The notes: generated by a model from the letters alone, not told the origin. DNA of 47,454 nucleotides from Chromera velia (GCA_018398765.1 JAHBMJ010000431.1:1-47454); one strand, 5' to 3'. Counted from the first letter of the stretch, positions 31,144-43,585 are shown. Numbers and translations: made by a program.

Positions 31144-31999
31144 TCTGTTCTTAAGTGATAAGTGATTTAGTGGTATCCTAGGACACTGTCGCCATTTTGT
31201 CTTATAGAGGTCGCCCCAATTTTTGTCACTGCTCACACTAGGCTCCCCATACGTTAAAAAAACAAATCAATAAATTTAGGCCAAAACCTGAATTAGTTTT
31301 TTTATTTTTTTATTATTGCATCGGTTGAGCTTTGAGCTTCGATAGGAGCTTCGAACTCAGGCTTGAAGTATCTGCTTCAAAAAAAAAAAAAAATATAAAA
31401 AGTAAAAGTAATAGTTGTAAAAGTGATTTTGAGCAATTAACTTCTTTACATATGGAGAGCCTAGAGACTAAGTTTATTAATTCACATGATCACGCATTTG
31501 CAACAATGGGCCCCGAAAACTTCATTTGTTTCCCCGTTATAGAACTTCAGCTGACAACGAGGGAGGGCTCTCTGGAGGTCCTTTAGCTCGTCGCTTCCCT
31601 TGAGTGTGGCAGCCATGGGGTCGCGGTGGTATGCCAGTTGCAATGTCTGCATGCAGGAGGGGGATTTCTCATCATTTCTTCTGAGTGAGCTGAGTGAGGC
31701 CTGATTTGTAGTTGAATGAGCAAAAAAAACATCTACCTTGCGATCAGTCGATTTCTTTTTCTTTTGGTCAAGGGTGCTAAGCATGAGTCTGTATTTCAAC
31801 CTGTCTGTATGAATACGCCAATATTGCCTCCAAAAAAACATCGGCTTGTTTTCCTCTCTCTAAAAAATCCCCCCCCCCCCATTTCAAAAATCAGTTTCTC
31901 CCTCATTCTCCCTGCTCCCCATTTCTCCTTCTTCCTTAAAAAAACAAATCTCCTTTTGCCTTTCTATCTGCTCACTCACCTTCAGTTGGCGCAGACACC

Positions 32000-33582
32000 T
32001 CAGCGAAGACAGGGAGGAGAGCCCAAATTTGTTCTCGACAAGTCCAACTTCCGTAGTGAAGAGAGAGCGCGGAGACCGGCAGCGATAGGGGGAAGAGAGT
32101 CGTCATTGAACTCACAGTGTTCCAGATACACCTCCTCAACCTGACACTCAGACTGCTCCCCCATCCACGCGAAGTACTCCCCGAGCATCTCCCCCTTCTC
32201 CTTCGTATCAATGTTGTATTTCCCACGCATCTCGATTTTCTTCTGTCCCCTCACTTGCGTGTCGAGCACGAAAGCTCTGTAGAGATTCGCGACCAACGGA
32301 CGATCCTCCTTCCCGTTGGTGAACCTCACGACAAACCCCTCTTTGTTGTCGTCTGTTCTCTCTTCCAGCCTCTTCTCCTCCAGTAACCGCTGGAACGCGG
32401 GAGGGGAGAGAAGAACTTGCTCGAGAGTCCCTGTCAAGGGGCCCAGATGGATCGTGCTAAATCCGAATTTGACTGCGGCCACTCGGGACTCGAAGTTCGT
32501 CCAGCCGCGTTTGTGGTAGGGGGTCTTGTTTGTCACCCCCTCCAGCTCAACCGGCACATCCGTGCACCGGATGAAATAGACGTCGATTGAGGTGTTGCGG
32601 TAATTGCAGGATAGCAGTCCCAGTCCCTGCTTGAAGAGGGCATTCTCTTCAGGTGTTCTGCCTTTGACGGGCAGCCATTGGTGAAGACTGGTAAAGTCTT
32701 GAAAGTAGACGGGAAAGTCATATGTGTTTTCAGGAAGGGTGTTGGTGCTTGTTCGTTGGAAGTACTTCTCCATCCACGTCTCTTCGTCCTCCTCTCCTTC
32801 TCTCTTCTCCCGCTTGCCCCCCCGCTCATTCGAGAACAAATTCTCACCGTCCTCCCTTCCCTCACAAACGAACGATTTCTTAGGAATCCCAATCTCTTTC
32901 CTTCTATCATCTCTGTCTTTTTCTTTTTTCTCCAACCCCTGCATGACGGTTTTAGCAGTGCTGCCCGTGGGGTCTGGGTGCTTTGCAGACTGCCAACAGT
33001 AGGAGAGAGCGTAGATATGGGCTCTCTCTCGCCCCGTCATTAGTTGCAGAACCTCCTCGACGGAGAGGTAAACGCCGAGAAAGCGTTTCTCCATCTCCTG
33101 TCGAGGCTTCAGCCTCCCTCCCATCGCTACATACTTGGCAACCTCAGGCCCCTTCATGAGTGCGAAAATGTTGAGAACGTGGGCCCAGTAGAGGGTCAAC
33201 TCTGTGTGGTGCTTTGCGCCCGAGGTCTCCAGCAACGCATCCATCGCACACCCAAACCCCACCTCCATGCTCTTCACACCTTCTATTTTACGATAACCGG
33301 TCCAGGCAAAATCATAATAATGTGTGATGGCGTCAGTCTTAACCTTCAGTACCCCCTCCCATCTGTGATTGCAGGCCCTCAGCAACTGACCGCAACAGCG
33401 ACAATCTGGGCACCGCCCTCTTTCTCCTGGAAGCTCACGAAACTTCACGTATGCGAGGTTCGAAGAGCGTACATCCATGTTTTCCCAATACTCACGCGTA
33501 CATCCATGTTTTCCCAATACTCGCGTACTCGGGCACGCTGCTTAACATGTGCCTTCCTCTCTTTCTCCAGGGTGCTGAGCAT
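32000..33582 (-). pseudogene. HET-like domain + leucine-rich-repeat protein, apparently frameshifted
   Basis: ORF 32000..33517 has IYALSYCW..HPDPTG, FQDFTSLHQ and YHKRGWTNFE (HET/PF06985-like motifs) followed by RI-like LRRs (VEEVYLEHCEF, LRKLDLSRTNL). A 29-nt tandem duplication at 33467-33522 separates an upstream ATG (33582). A probable 1-nt shift near 32015 precedes a GTGAGT donor. A likely last exon (LQRALPRCQL) lies near 31482-31627. Confidence 0.62.
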
Positions 33583-34671
33583 TCTTCTTTGCACAGCTGA
33601 GAATCTGCTGTAGGCATAAATACACGGAGAGAGCCCGTCAGAAAATTGAAATTCGCGAAACAGAGATCAGAAGAGTGAGAGCCTGCACGGCTTTCACTTC
33701 CTCTCGCACTTCCTCTTGTCAGGCCCTGAGGACGCTTCTGAAGGATTCGAAGCTGTTCAATCTACGGGTGCTATTTGATCTGAGTTGTGGAAGAGTGTAA
33801 GAGAGCTTTGCAGTGCTTTCACTTGCTTCCACGGTTTCCTCTTGTTGGACCGTTCACTGAGGACCCTCCTGGCTTGTGCTTATATATAGGAGGAATTCTG
33901 CCTTGTCAAAACGGCTCTTTTCACAGAGAGAGCGTTCTTGGATGCGGTATGTTGAAGAGTCTGACAGACTCCGTCTCGTTAAATCGGCATGCATGAAAGC
34001 GTTGCGATTCGTGAAACGGTTTCGCGGGGCGCGGTTAGGGGTTCCTATATATATATATATAGCACTGCCGTTTCGAATGACTGACCTTCATGCAATTTGC
34101 ACCGCGCGTATAGCCCCACATGCCGGGGCCCATGCAGGGCCTCGGTTCACCGCGGGCTTTTGTCCGCACCGACGCGCCCGCAAATGGAGGGCCGGGGGGG
34201 GTTCACGTCTCCCATATAGCTCCCCCCCACGAAAAGCCCTCCTCTGAAGAGTCTGAATGGACATCTTTTTTACTGGACCCCGGCATGCCACTGGAGCCTG
34301 TGCATGGAAGTGGCATCCTGCATACGCGCAAGATGTCACGCGACGAATGGACACAAAAACGCATGCATCGTGCATGCAGGGACAGACACAGCTATCAGCA
34401 TTGAGTTGTCAAAACGACAGAAAGTATTTCAAGCAAATTATCTCTTAATCGTGACAGGTCGACTCGTGCAGATTCCAGGCACTCATATATGTTCCAGAGC
34501 GTGCAGAGGATTATGAGCTGACGGGGCAGACTGCACCTTCTTTTTGTGCAAGACTGAATTCTCGGAGTCCCCGTATATATATATATATATATATATATGT
34601 AGAAAAAAAAAATTCCCGTCTTTCTACTCCCACCATCAACAAGTCGCCGTCTTGGATTGTACCTAGTCAGG

Positions 34672-36499
34672 ATGTCCTTCTCGCAGACTCTACTCCTCTC
34701 GTTGGCTGCTTTTGTCCTCTCCAACGCGACACAGGATCAGTTACGCAACCGGTCAAAGGCCTTAGTGCCTTACAGCAAGCCGCCAGCCGAAGCCTCGGAG
34801 TTGCCCCTCGATTCAACACCTGTGCTCCTGCAGAAACTTGAATTGGAAGCGAAGCCCATGACAGTCACAAACCGCTTCCTGCAGAGTCTGACTGTTGACA
34901 AGATCAAGGGCGACGGCTACCTTGGCGGTGGAATGAATGGTGATGTCTTTCAGGTGCACATCAAGAAAGACAGTCGGCCCTATGTCGTGGGCAGTGGCAC
35001 CTACCTTGGTAAGACCCTGGGGACCTGGGGCCGCACCAGGGTTGAGAAGGAGTACTTCGCTCTGAAGTGTTTGCGAAGCAGCGTCGCTGGTGCTATTGAC
35101 ACGAACAAAAAAGAGGAGGCTCGACTCCATCACTGGGTGACGAAGAAGCACGAGTGCTGAGGAACAAATCGCTGTACGTGTTTCCCCACTGTTGTCCCTC
35201 TATTCCACCACTGGTTCACCGAGGAGCTTAAGGCCACTTACCTGAATCCAAGAGTGAACAACGATGCGAAGAAAGAGTGGAACGCGCGTTGGCATGCCGA
35301 CAAAGACGACAAGGCCGAGGCAGTTGTGTACCTCATGGAGCTCCAAGATATGACGGTCAGTTGTGCATGCATTTACTTTCATGCAGAATTCTTTTTCTTT
35401 TTCTTTGTATGAATTCTGTATGAAAGTAAATGCGTGTACCTCATGGAGCTCCAAGATATGACGGTCGGTGCATGCATTTACTTTCATACAGAATTCTTTT
35501 TCTTCTTCTTTGTATGAATTCTGTATGAAAGTAAATGCGTGTACCTCATGGAGCTCCAGGAGATGACGGTCGGTCGGCTCGTCGTGTGCACGTGTTTGTG
35601 GGTGTCGCATTCCTTTTGAAGTCGAAAGTGAGTGGAGCTACTGTGTGTGGATGTCGTGAGGTAGGAGCTCTGTAGGTGTCTCGACTTCATAAACCCCAGA
35701 TACGCAATCCAACAGACAACCTTGTATGCACGCCTTATGCATGCGGCTTCATGCATACATGCTTCCTGTCATACTGTGTTGGTGCGTGAAGGTAAAAGAT
35801 TGGTGGAAAAGCACAGAGCTGACAGGTATGGCCAAAACGGGCGCAGGCAAAGCTGTGCTGTTCATGTTGGCGTTTATTTTGAACTCCCTGGACTGGTGGG
35901 GTATGACGCACAACGATGCCCACTGGACGAATCTGATGGTCAAAAAAATGAAGAACAATGTCGACCCGTGCGACCCTAAAACCAGCAACCAGAACACATG
36001 CACAACCTGGTGCTTCAAATTCCAGGTACGGGGGTGACTCTCAGAGAGACAGACTGGTTTTCATAATCCGGTCACAGCGACTGTCACACCTTTTCAACTC
36101 TTTTATTCCTGTTTCCCTCTTGCATGTTTGTTTCTCTTGCCTTTTTTCCTTCCTGTCCTCATAAACTACCTGTACTGATCTTTCTCTTCGATCTTGCAGG
36201 ACCTGGAGTTCCGACAAGACGAGGATGAAGAGAACGAAGAGTCTCGAGAGGTAGAGGTCGTCAACAAGAGGTGCATTGCCGCCAGCACGATGGAGAACTA
36301 CATGCTGCGTCTGGGGGATTTCGGTAGCACTGTTGCGGGGTTTCCTTCTGCACACAATGGGAACCTTCCCAGTTCCAACACAGCGACGGGAAAGGGAGGG
36401 ATCAATCCATACGCACCGCCAGGCTCGGTGGCAGACAGCTTTGCCCTAAAGCGCCTGTGTGAGTGGTATCTCAAATTGGACAACTGTCCTCAGTCGTAG
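34672..36499 (+). pseudogene. Signal-peptide atypical protein kinase, 3 exons, in-frame TGA at 35158-35160
   Basis: Exons 34672-35355, 35792-36025, 36200-36499. Hydrophobic N-terminus MSFSQTLLLSLAAFVLSNA; motifs GGGMNG, FALK, YLME, HNDAHWTN, LGDFG. The frame continues cleanly through the TGA to YLMELQDMT|gtcagt. Confidence 0.75.
35326..35571. repeat. Triplicated 33-bp kinase donor junction separated by two hairpin spacers
   Basis: gtgtacctcatggagctccaRgaKatgacggtc at 35326, 35434 and 35539; 23-bp arms gcatttactttcatRcagaattc / gaattctgtatgaaagtaaatgc. Confidence 0.93.
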
Positions 36500-37749
36500 G
36501 GGACCAACCAGAGATCGTACCTGAACAGCTTCTTCGATGGCATAGAGGTGCAGAGGCCCACGGATAATTCTGCCGTCTGTGAGTTCTCTCATGCGTGAAG
36601 GGGCGCTTCTCTCCTGTGTAAAAAGCTAGGCAAAAAGGAAGGAACCAATGAGAGAAGGAGAGAAGAAAACCGAGAAGAAACAAGACAAGCAAAGATGGAA
36701 AGAAGCAAAAAGGAAACAAAGAGGGAGGGAAGGATGAAAGGAAGGAATGAAGGGCAGAAATGATGACAGATGGAGGAAACTTGCCACGCATTTTTTCCCA
36801 TGAATACATGACCGATGCCAATTCTTTTGTGTCTGATGCTTCAACGGCCCTGAAAATGCAAACAGTGAAAAAAAGTAAGAGAAAATTACAAGCTTGCAAA
36901 AAGGATGTGACGTGAACTGAAACTGAAAACACGAGTTCCAAGAAAATCAAAGAGAAGGAAGCGGTCGCTCGCGACCATCAGTCACTAAACCTCTGCTGCA
37001 TGTGCGTCAAAGACAATGAAGCGAAGATTTCACAAATGAGGATGCAAAAACGCAGGCAGCGGACACAAGCGTTTGTCCCCCTTAACCAACAACACAAGGA
37101 GACAGCTTACCACTGCATTCAAAATAAGAGCAGCGCTGGGGTCATCAGCAGAGCAAAATATGAAGAGATCGAACGCATGCCGCCGCTTCATTGACGGCCT
37201 ACAAGAAGAGCATACGACATGCATAGAGAGGTGGTAAGAAAGTGTCTGAGTCCCAAAAATTCTGGCTGTGCAGATCGATTGACAACACTTGCATATGCGT
37301 GCAAGTTAAGTGCCATGCAAACTATGCCTCTATGAGTGGCAAAACCGCGGTCGTCGTTGACCTACCCCTAGACCTACCCATGGACTGTGACAGACACCTA
37401 GACAAACATATGTATTCAAGTTGATTTGATTTTTTGGAATTTTACTTAAATTTAAATAATTAGTTGAACAGTCAACCTTTGCTCTTTATTTTTTCTATGA
37501 GTTGCAATAATCACTAGAACAATCAATATTATAAACTGCATGTACCAGCTAATTTAATTTAATTTTTTTTATGTTTTTAAAGTTTGTCCCCCAAAACACC
37601 AGCAAAAACAACTTTAAAGAAATTAAAGTTGGGCCTACTTTTCAAATTATAAAAATGATCGAATATTTTTACAAATATTTAAACAGTTTTTAACTGCTCT
37701 TTTTAAAAATTACGGTAAATTTCCAGGTAAAATACAGCCAAACTTCTTT

Positions 37750-37994
37750 TAGACGCCGCATATAAAAAAGAAAAAAAAAAGAAAAAAAAAATTGGGGAGA
37801 CCTAATTTTTTGTTTTTTATTATTATTTTTTTTTAAGTGCTGTCACAGCCTGTTAAATTTAGGGAAAAAGTCATTTTCGACTCCCAAAGTTACTTTTCCC
37901 CACAGCATGCTTACCTAACTTTTAACCCAAAAAAGAAAAAAAAAAAAAGTTGGAGAGGCCTCATTTTTTCTTTTTTTTTTATGTGCGGCGCCTA
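37750..37994. mobile_element. MITE (245 bp) with 9-bp TSD, Mutator-like
   Basis: TIRs TAGACGCCGCATATAAAAAA / TTTTTTATGTGCGGCGCCTA (2 transition mismatches); AACTTCTTT at 37741-37749 and 37995-38003. Confidence 0.78.
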
Positions 37995-38821
37995 AACTTC
38001 TTTAAAAGCTAGGCGTATCACAGAGGGAAAAAAAATAATTGAAGCCCATCCTCACTTTTTTTTTTAATTTTTTTGCCCGACGAATCGGCGACGATGTTAG
38101 GTGAGTCTTAGAGTCTAAGGTGACAAACAACTGTTGTTCAGGTCTTGCATAAGTGTTGTTTTGGTGTTACACAAGTGTTGCTTAGGTGTTACATAAAAAA
38201 AAAAAGAAAAAAATAATTTAAACCAATTTAATTAATTTTATTTTTTACTAGTATTTCAGGTGAATGGAAAGCGTAATAAATCTCATGATCACCATGCATT
38301 ATATATGGTGTATATTAAACATTGCTACAATCGTTTGTGTCCCAATGCATTGAATGTAAACCCATGTTAAAAACGATCGATGCAGTTACATTCCATGTAA
38401 TTCATGTGCGGAAATCTTGACTGCATGAATGCTGCCAGTATCCGGGTGAATTATAGTGAAACCAATCACAAATCTGCCGCCATCCGCGCTCGCCACGGTT
38501 TGAAAAGCACAGACGACACACAGAAACCGTAAATCTTTTCGCCTTTTAATAGTCTCACGCCCTGAACCCCTGCTTTCTTCTCCAGCGACCCTTTCATAAT
38601 GACCAGGCGGTCCCCCCCTCCCCCCTGAACTGTCGAAGAATCCGACATTCCTGCCTACCCTAAGAAATCAGTTCTCCCCCTTCTGTCTGAATGAACAACC
38701 GGTCCGATTACAGCTTTTCCGCTCAAAATCATCCATCCATTCACTCACGGACTCTCTCATTCACGCAGCATTGAATTTACCGTGCACTCCCATGCAAACA
38801 CCGTCTGCAGGTCTCGATCGA

Positions 38822-40620
38822 TCACGCCTCGTCTTCGTTCGACGAGAGAAGCTCCACGACAGCCTCGTGACCTCCAGAGGAAGCTACGTCGAGAGGCGTG
38901 TGCCCCTCGCTGTCGGTTGCTTCCAAAGACGCCCCCCCCTCAACCAACAGCTGCATAACCTCCACGTGCCCCCCCTCGGCCGCCATATGAAGGGGAGTCT
39001 TGTCTCCCTCTCCCTTCGCGTCAATGGTGGCGTTCCTGGAAAGCAACAGCTGAACGATCTCAGGATGTCCTTCTGCAGAGGCAAAGTGAAGCGGGGTCTT
39101 CCCACCAACGTCAGTGACATCAACGGAAGCATCCGCATCAAGGAGAAACTCCGTGATCTCGATGTAGCCTCCCATTGCAGCGAAGTGCAGGGGGGCACCT
39201 CCCTCGTCGGTTTTCGCCTCGACAGAAGCGTTTGTCTCGATGAGCAACATTGCTACCTCTGTGTTGTTTTGTGCGATGGCTGAGTGAAGCGGCGTCCAAC
39301 CGACAGCATCCTTCACGTCGACAGAAGCGTTCGCGTTCAGCAAAAGCTCTACGACTTCAGGAAATCCAGCCACGGCAGAGTAGTGAAGGGGGGTGATGTC
39401 GTCCGCGTTCTTGGCCTCAACGGAAGCGCCGCGCTCAAGGAGCACTTCGACCACCTCAGGGTATCCATTCAGTGTGGCCAGGTGGAGGGGGGTGTCCTGA
39501 TCAACGTCTCTAGCCTCAATGGAGGCGTTTATGTCGAGGAGGAGCTCTGCAACCTCTGCCTGGCCCGTTGAAGAGGCCAAGTGAAGCGGCGTGAACTCAT
39601 AAGTGTCCTTTGCCTCAATGTCCGCATTCCTGTCCAACAGAAGCTCGGCAGCCTCCAGTTCCCCGTACTGGGCGGCGTGGTGCAGAGGAGTCATGTCGGC
39701 AACGTCCTTGGGGTCGACGGCTGCGTCTCTGTCGAGCAACAGCTCTGCAACCTCCGTGTGGCCGAAGGAGGCCGCGTGGTGGAGGGGCGTCATCATGTAG
39801 CCGTCTGCGGCGTTGACATCGGCCCCGTCCTCCAAGAGCTCCTCTGCCAGGTCGGTATCCCCTTCCTGAGCCGCCCCGATGAGCTCGGCATCGATCCCTG
39901 TGGCCCCCTCAGCCTCAGCCTCACCCTCTGCCTCTGGTTCTTCTTCAGAGGATTCAGACTCAGAAGGGACAGGAGCGCCCTGGAGCATCCGGGCACCTGA
40001 GAGGAGAGGATAGAAGTGCATGAGAGGGGAAACGCACGCATATATCCAGGAGGACAGCCTTTGAAAGCTTGGGTCTCATAAAACTTCGTGACTCTCTCCA
40101 TGGGTCTGTCCCATTCCCTTCTGCTCATGTATACGGCGAAGTCCTCTTCCTTTTCCGAGCCACAGCTGCTTTGATCATGTCCCTATGCCCGTATTGCCTG
40201 TTGTGATGAGAACCATCAGCATAACAGAGACGTGGACCGAAAAGAGAAGGGACAGTCCACCAGCCAACTCACCCATGTGCTCCCGAGACTCCAATGAAAA
40301 GCCCTCCCTGAGGAGCCTCAACCACTCTCTCCCATTAATGCGTGGCGTGCCGAGAAGATAATCTGCACACATCAGGGAGCCAAGAAGACTATGTACAGCT
40401 CTGCACAGCCCGCTATCCCGTCTCCGAGGATACGCAGATGGACAGGGAAGAAAGACCCCCGGTCCCTACCTGACGGTGTGCCCGCACCAACAAAGAAAGC
40501 ATTAGCGTGCCCGAAGCTCACTACTGCAACTGCAGCGAGGAGGAAAAGGGCAGTCTGTCCCAAACGAGAAGGTCGAGAGTCCCTTCGGTCGGGGACTCCT
40601 TGTCTCGACTGCACGTTCAT
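38822..40620 (-). CDS. Ankyrin-repeat protein (11 repeats, acidic) with N-terminal signal peptide, 2 exons, ~441 aa
   Basis: Exon 1 40620-40470 (TALFLLAAVAVVSFGHANA-FFV), phase-1 intron, exon 2 39996-38822 with TPLH repeats every 33 aa. Confidence 0.88.
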
Positions 40621-42057
40621 CCTGAGTGGATCTCTCAGACCGTGTTCTATCTCTGATCACTTCTCACTTGTTCTAGGATTTCGACGTTTTTCCTTCGTAT
40701 GCACTCCCGCAAAGCAGATCACAACCGGGATAAGGCTCTCATCATGTGCTCCTGTCCCAAAGTGCGAAGATTGTGTACCTGCATGGAGACGGTGAAGAAA
40801 GGAAGTCCGGCCGGCCGGCCGCTTGATTCGTCACGCAATTGTGACGAGACACACCTTCTGCGGGTGAGTGCCTCGACTCGCGCAGCAGATCGCGCGGTTT
40901 GCATGGGATGCATGCGCGACTTTGTCTTTTCTCAGGGCCTTTCAATTAAGTCGAGCTGCCCTCTGTGCACATGGCGACATGCGAGTGCCACATGCAGCTA
41001 GTTCGTCCATAGCTCGGCCATATCTCGGCCATGCAGAATCCAAAAAAAAAAAAAGAATCCAAACCATGCATGTGCACTGCGAGAAATCAGACTGACAGAC
41101 GTGGCCAGACTGAACTCGCATCCTTTATACTTGACGGTTGGTCTATATTTGTGCATATTAATATACACCTGCACACGTTTGTAGACTGACATCTCTGTGA
41201 CCTCGGGTACCTGCATGTCTGAACGAACTCGATCCGGGTCACTAATCGCTGAAGCATATTAATTTGATCCCTCTCCTCTGTAGACGATCTCGATCGTGAC
41301 TAATACCCCCCTCGAAGCGTCGCGGCTAGTGCTGCTGGCAGCTCAGGACTCCGGGGACACACGTGAAAACAGCAGAAAGGATGAATACCAGTTGGAAGCA
41401 AGAAGAGCAGCAACGTCAGCCGGCATGACTGTTGCATGGGACGTGAAAGCAGAACCTTTTGAGAAAAAAATATGCAGATCAGTTTAATTCCCTGTCCTTT
41501 TGCCAGCGTGCCCACTCTATTTGCTTGTGCGGTTGTTTTGTACCCGCCTCACGCTTTCTGAAAGCCCTTCGCATTATGTACTAATCTGTTTCTTGCAAAA
41601 TCTCCGCGCAACACACATACCCCCGTGCCGTGTACTGCATACATCCCTCCGCTCAAAGAAAGTCCTTGTCTTCGTGTGCCATTTTGCCTGCTTGCCTGCC
41701 TGCAGCTTCACAGAACCGGCATTTAATAGAATACGAAGCAGCCTGTCACTCTGTCGGAAAGCAGCAACTGTTGCACCATGCAACAGATACGCACAAACAA
41801 CACATGCTGCACACAGGCTTCTACATACTGCATTCAGCTAAACCTCTTCCTGTTGTGGTCTCTGCATGTTCTCTTCTTTCGGCGTCTAGGTCGACCAATG
41901 TGTCTCATGTTGTGTGCACGTCACATCTATTCTTTCGACAGTCTCCCGGCCGTGTACCAAAGCAACTCTCTATCCTGCTGTTTTTTTGCTGCTTCTGCTC
42001 CTGTTTTTTCTGTCATTGCTTTCTTTTGTTTTCCCTTTCTTCTTCCCGTCTCTGCAG

Positions 42058-43585
42058 AATCTGTCAGGAAGAGCACACAAGGCTTGAGGAGGAATTTGTG
42101 AAGATGCGAAAGGAGATGGAGAGGATTTTCGAGAAGAGAATGCAAGGAAGGTCAGGGAGAGGAGGAGGGGGATCCCAAGAGAGACAATCTAGATGAGGGG
42201 GCAGGGAGGGAGGGGGGGAGAGTCAGCGTCGGTGGTGGGGAATATTTCATGGAAACTTCTTTTCATTTCTGCCCTCTTTCTGCACTTTATTGCATTTTGT
42301 CTGCTCGTTGGAGTTCTCGGTTAGACTTCAGTTTCACTGACTCCCTTCTCCCTTTCACGTCCACAGGAGCACTGTTTTCCTTTTCTCCCCTGCAGAGAAG
42401 AAGAACACACAGAGGCGAATCCGGATTCTATTGACTGTAGATTGCTCTCTCTATTCTTGCAGGTGAACGGAGAAGAGTGGAGAAACATGATGGCGAGCTG
42501 GGGTCAGTCCCTCTATCGAATGTCATGTATATATTTTGTCTTTCCTTTCTCGATCGGAACATTTATCGTTCTGGCAGCTCGGTAGTGGCCATCTCTCTGC
42601 CTGGCCCCTCCTCTTCTTCACTTCATCCCTATTTCTTTCTCAATCATTTTTTTGAGATGATCACGAATCGAAACGAGATATGAATTATGTCACAACAAAC
42701 TGTACCGAAACACACATTCCGCACACGTGGAGGAAAAGGCAAATGACGTTCATCCGTGCAGCACCATTGTCTTGAGTGGGACAACATTAGTTCCCATGCA
42801 CTTTTGCTGCATCTTCATGAAAGGCCGCCCTCTCGTTTGCATCCCACCCGCCCCCCCTCTCTCCCCCTGGATACACCCACCAACCCACCAGGTCTCGATG
42901 GAAGTTGCAGAGAGAAAGGTGCAGAAGGCGGCATATTGTGATGACCTGTGTTCGAGTCTGAATTCCAAACTGAGGGTCAGGCTGCTGCTTGGTGATCCAT
43001 CGACCCTCTCCGGACCTGGGAGGGATGGGGATGGGGAGGGGGACGGAAAGGAGAAGGAGGAAAGTGCGGGGGGGGTGGAAGGCATCGAGAGCCGCCTTCG
43101 CACCGATTCGGGATTCAGTCTGCTGGTTGCGGTAGGTCTCTCCTCCTGCTCTCTTTCTTTTGACAATGTGCATGGATGTTTGCACTCACTCTGAGAGAGA
43201 CTCTCTCACTGCCCCTGGAAGAAGTTTTAACGCACGCCCAGCATGCATACGCCAATCCCTGCCTTGCATATCACTCTTGGTTCACTCTTTTGCTCGCTCT
43301 TTTGGCTCAACCCCTTCTGGCAATGGGTTCCGGGAGTTTGATAGTGGCGTGGGGCTTTTGCCGGTTAGTGTCTGTACCCTTTCTCCTCTCTTTCTGTCCA
43401 TTGTTTGTCCTCTCTCTGTCTCTGTCTCTCTCTCTTTCTCTCTCTCTCTCTCCCCTTCTTTCTCTTTCCTTCTCTCTCTCTTTCTCTCTCTGTTTCTCTT
43501 TCTCTCTTTCTGTCTCCCTCTCCCTCCCTCTCTCTGTGTCTGACTTCTCTCTCCGCTCTCACAATCACACCTTTATTTCAGACGG

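Noticed and set aside
34034..34600. Element bounded by two (TA)n tracts, with one TTAGGG word
   Set aside because: No convincing terminal inverted repeats, and a single telomere-like hexamer is expected by chance.
35158..35160. Selenocysteine or stop-codon reassignment for the in-frame TGA
   Set aside because: An ATGA..AA..GA pattern near 36763 pairs poorly as a SECIS, a second probable premature stop is TAG, and intact genes here end in TGA or TAG.
35326..35571. CRISPR-like repeat-spacer appearance
   Set aside because: The spacers are near-identical to each other, the repeat is the host exon end, the context is eukaryotic and there are no cas genes.
38009..38252. Helitron (ends in CTAG followed by T)
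   Set aside because: No GC-rich subterminal hairpin or clear 5' TC boundary.
38771..40000. Plus-strand ORFs over the ankyrin gene
   Set aside because: Antisense shadows of a codon-biased CDS.
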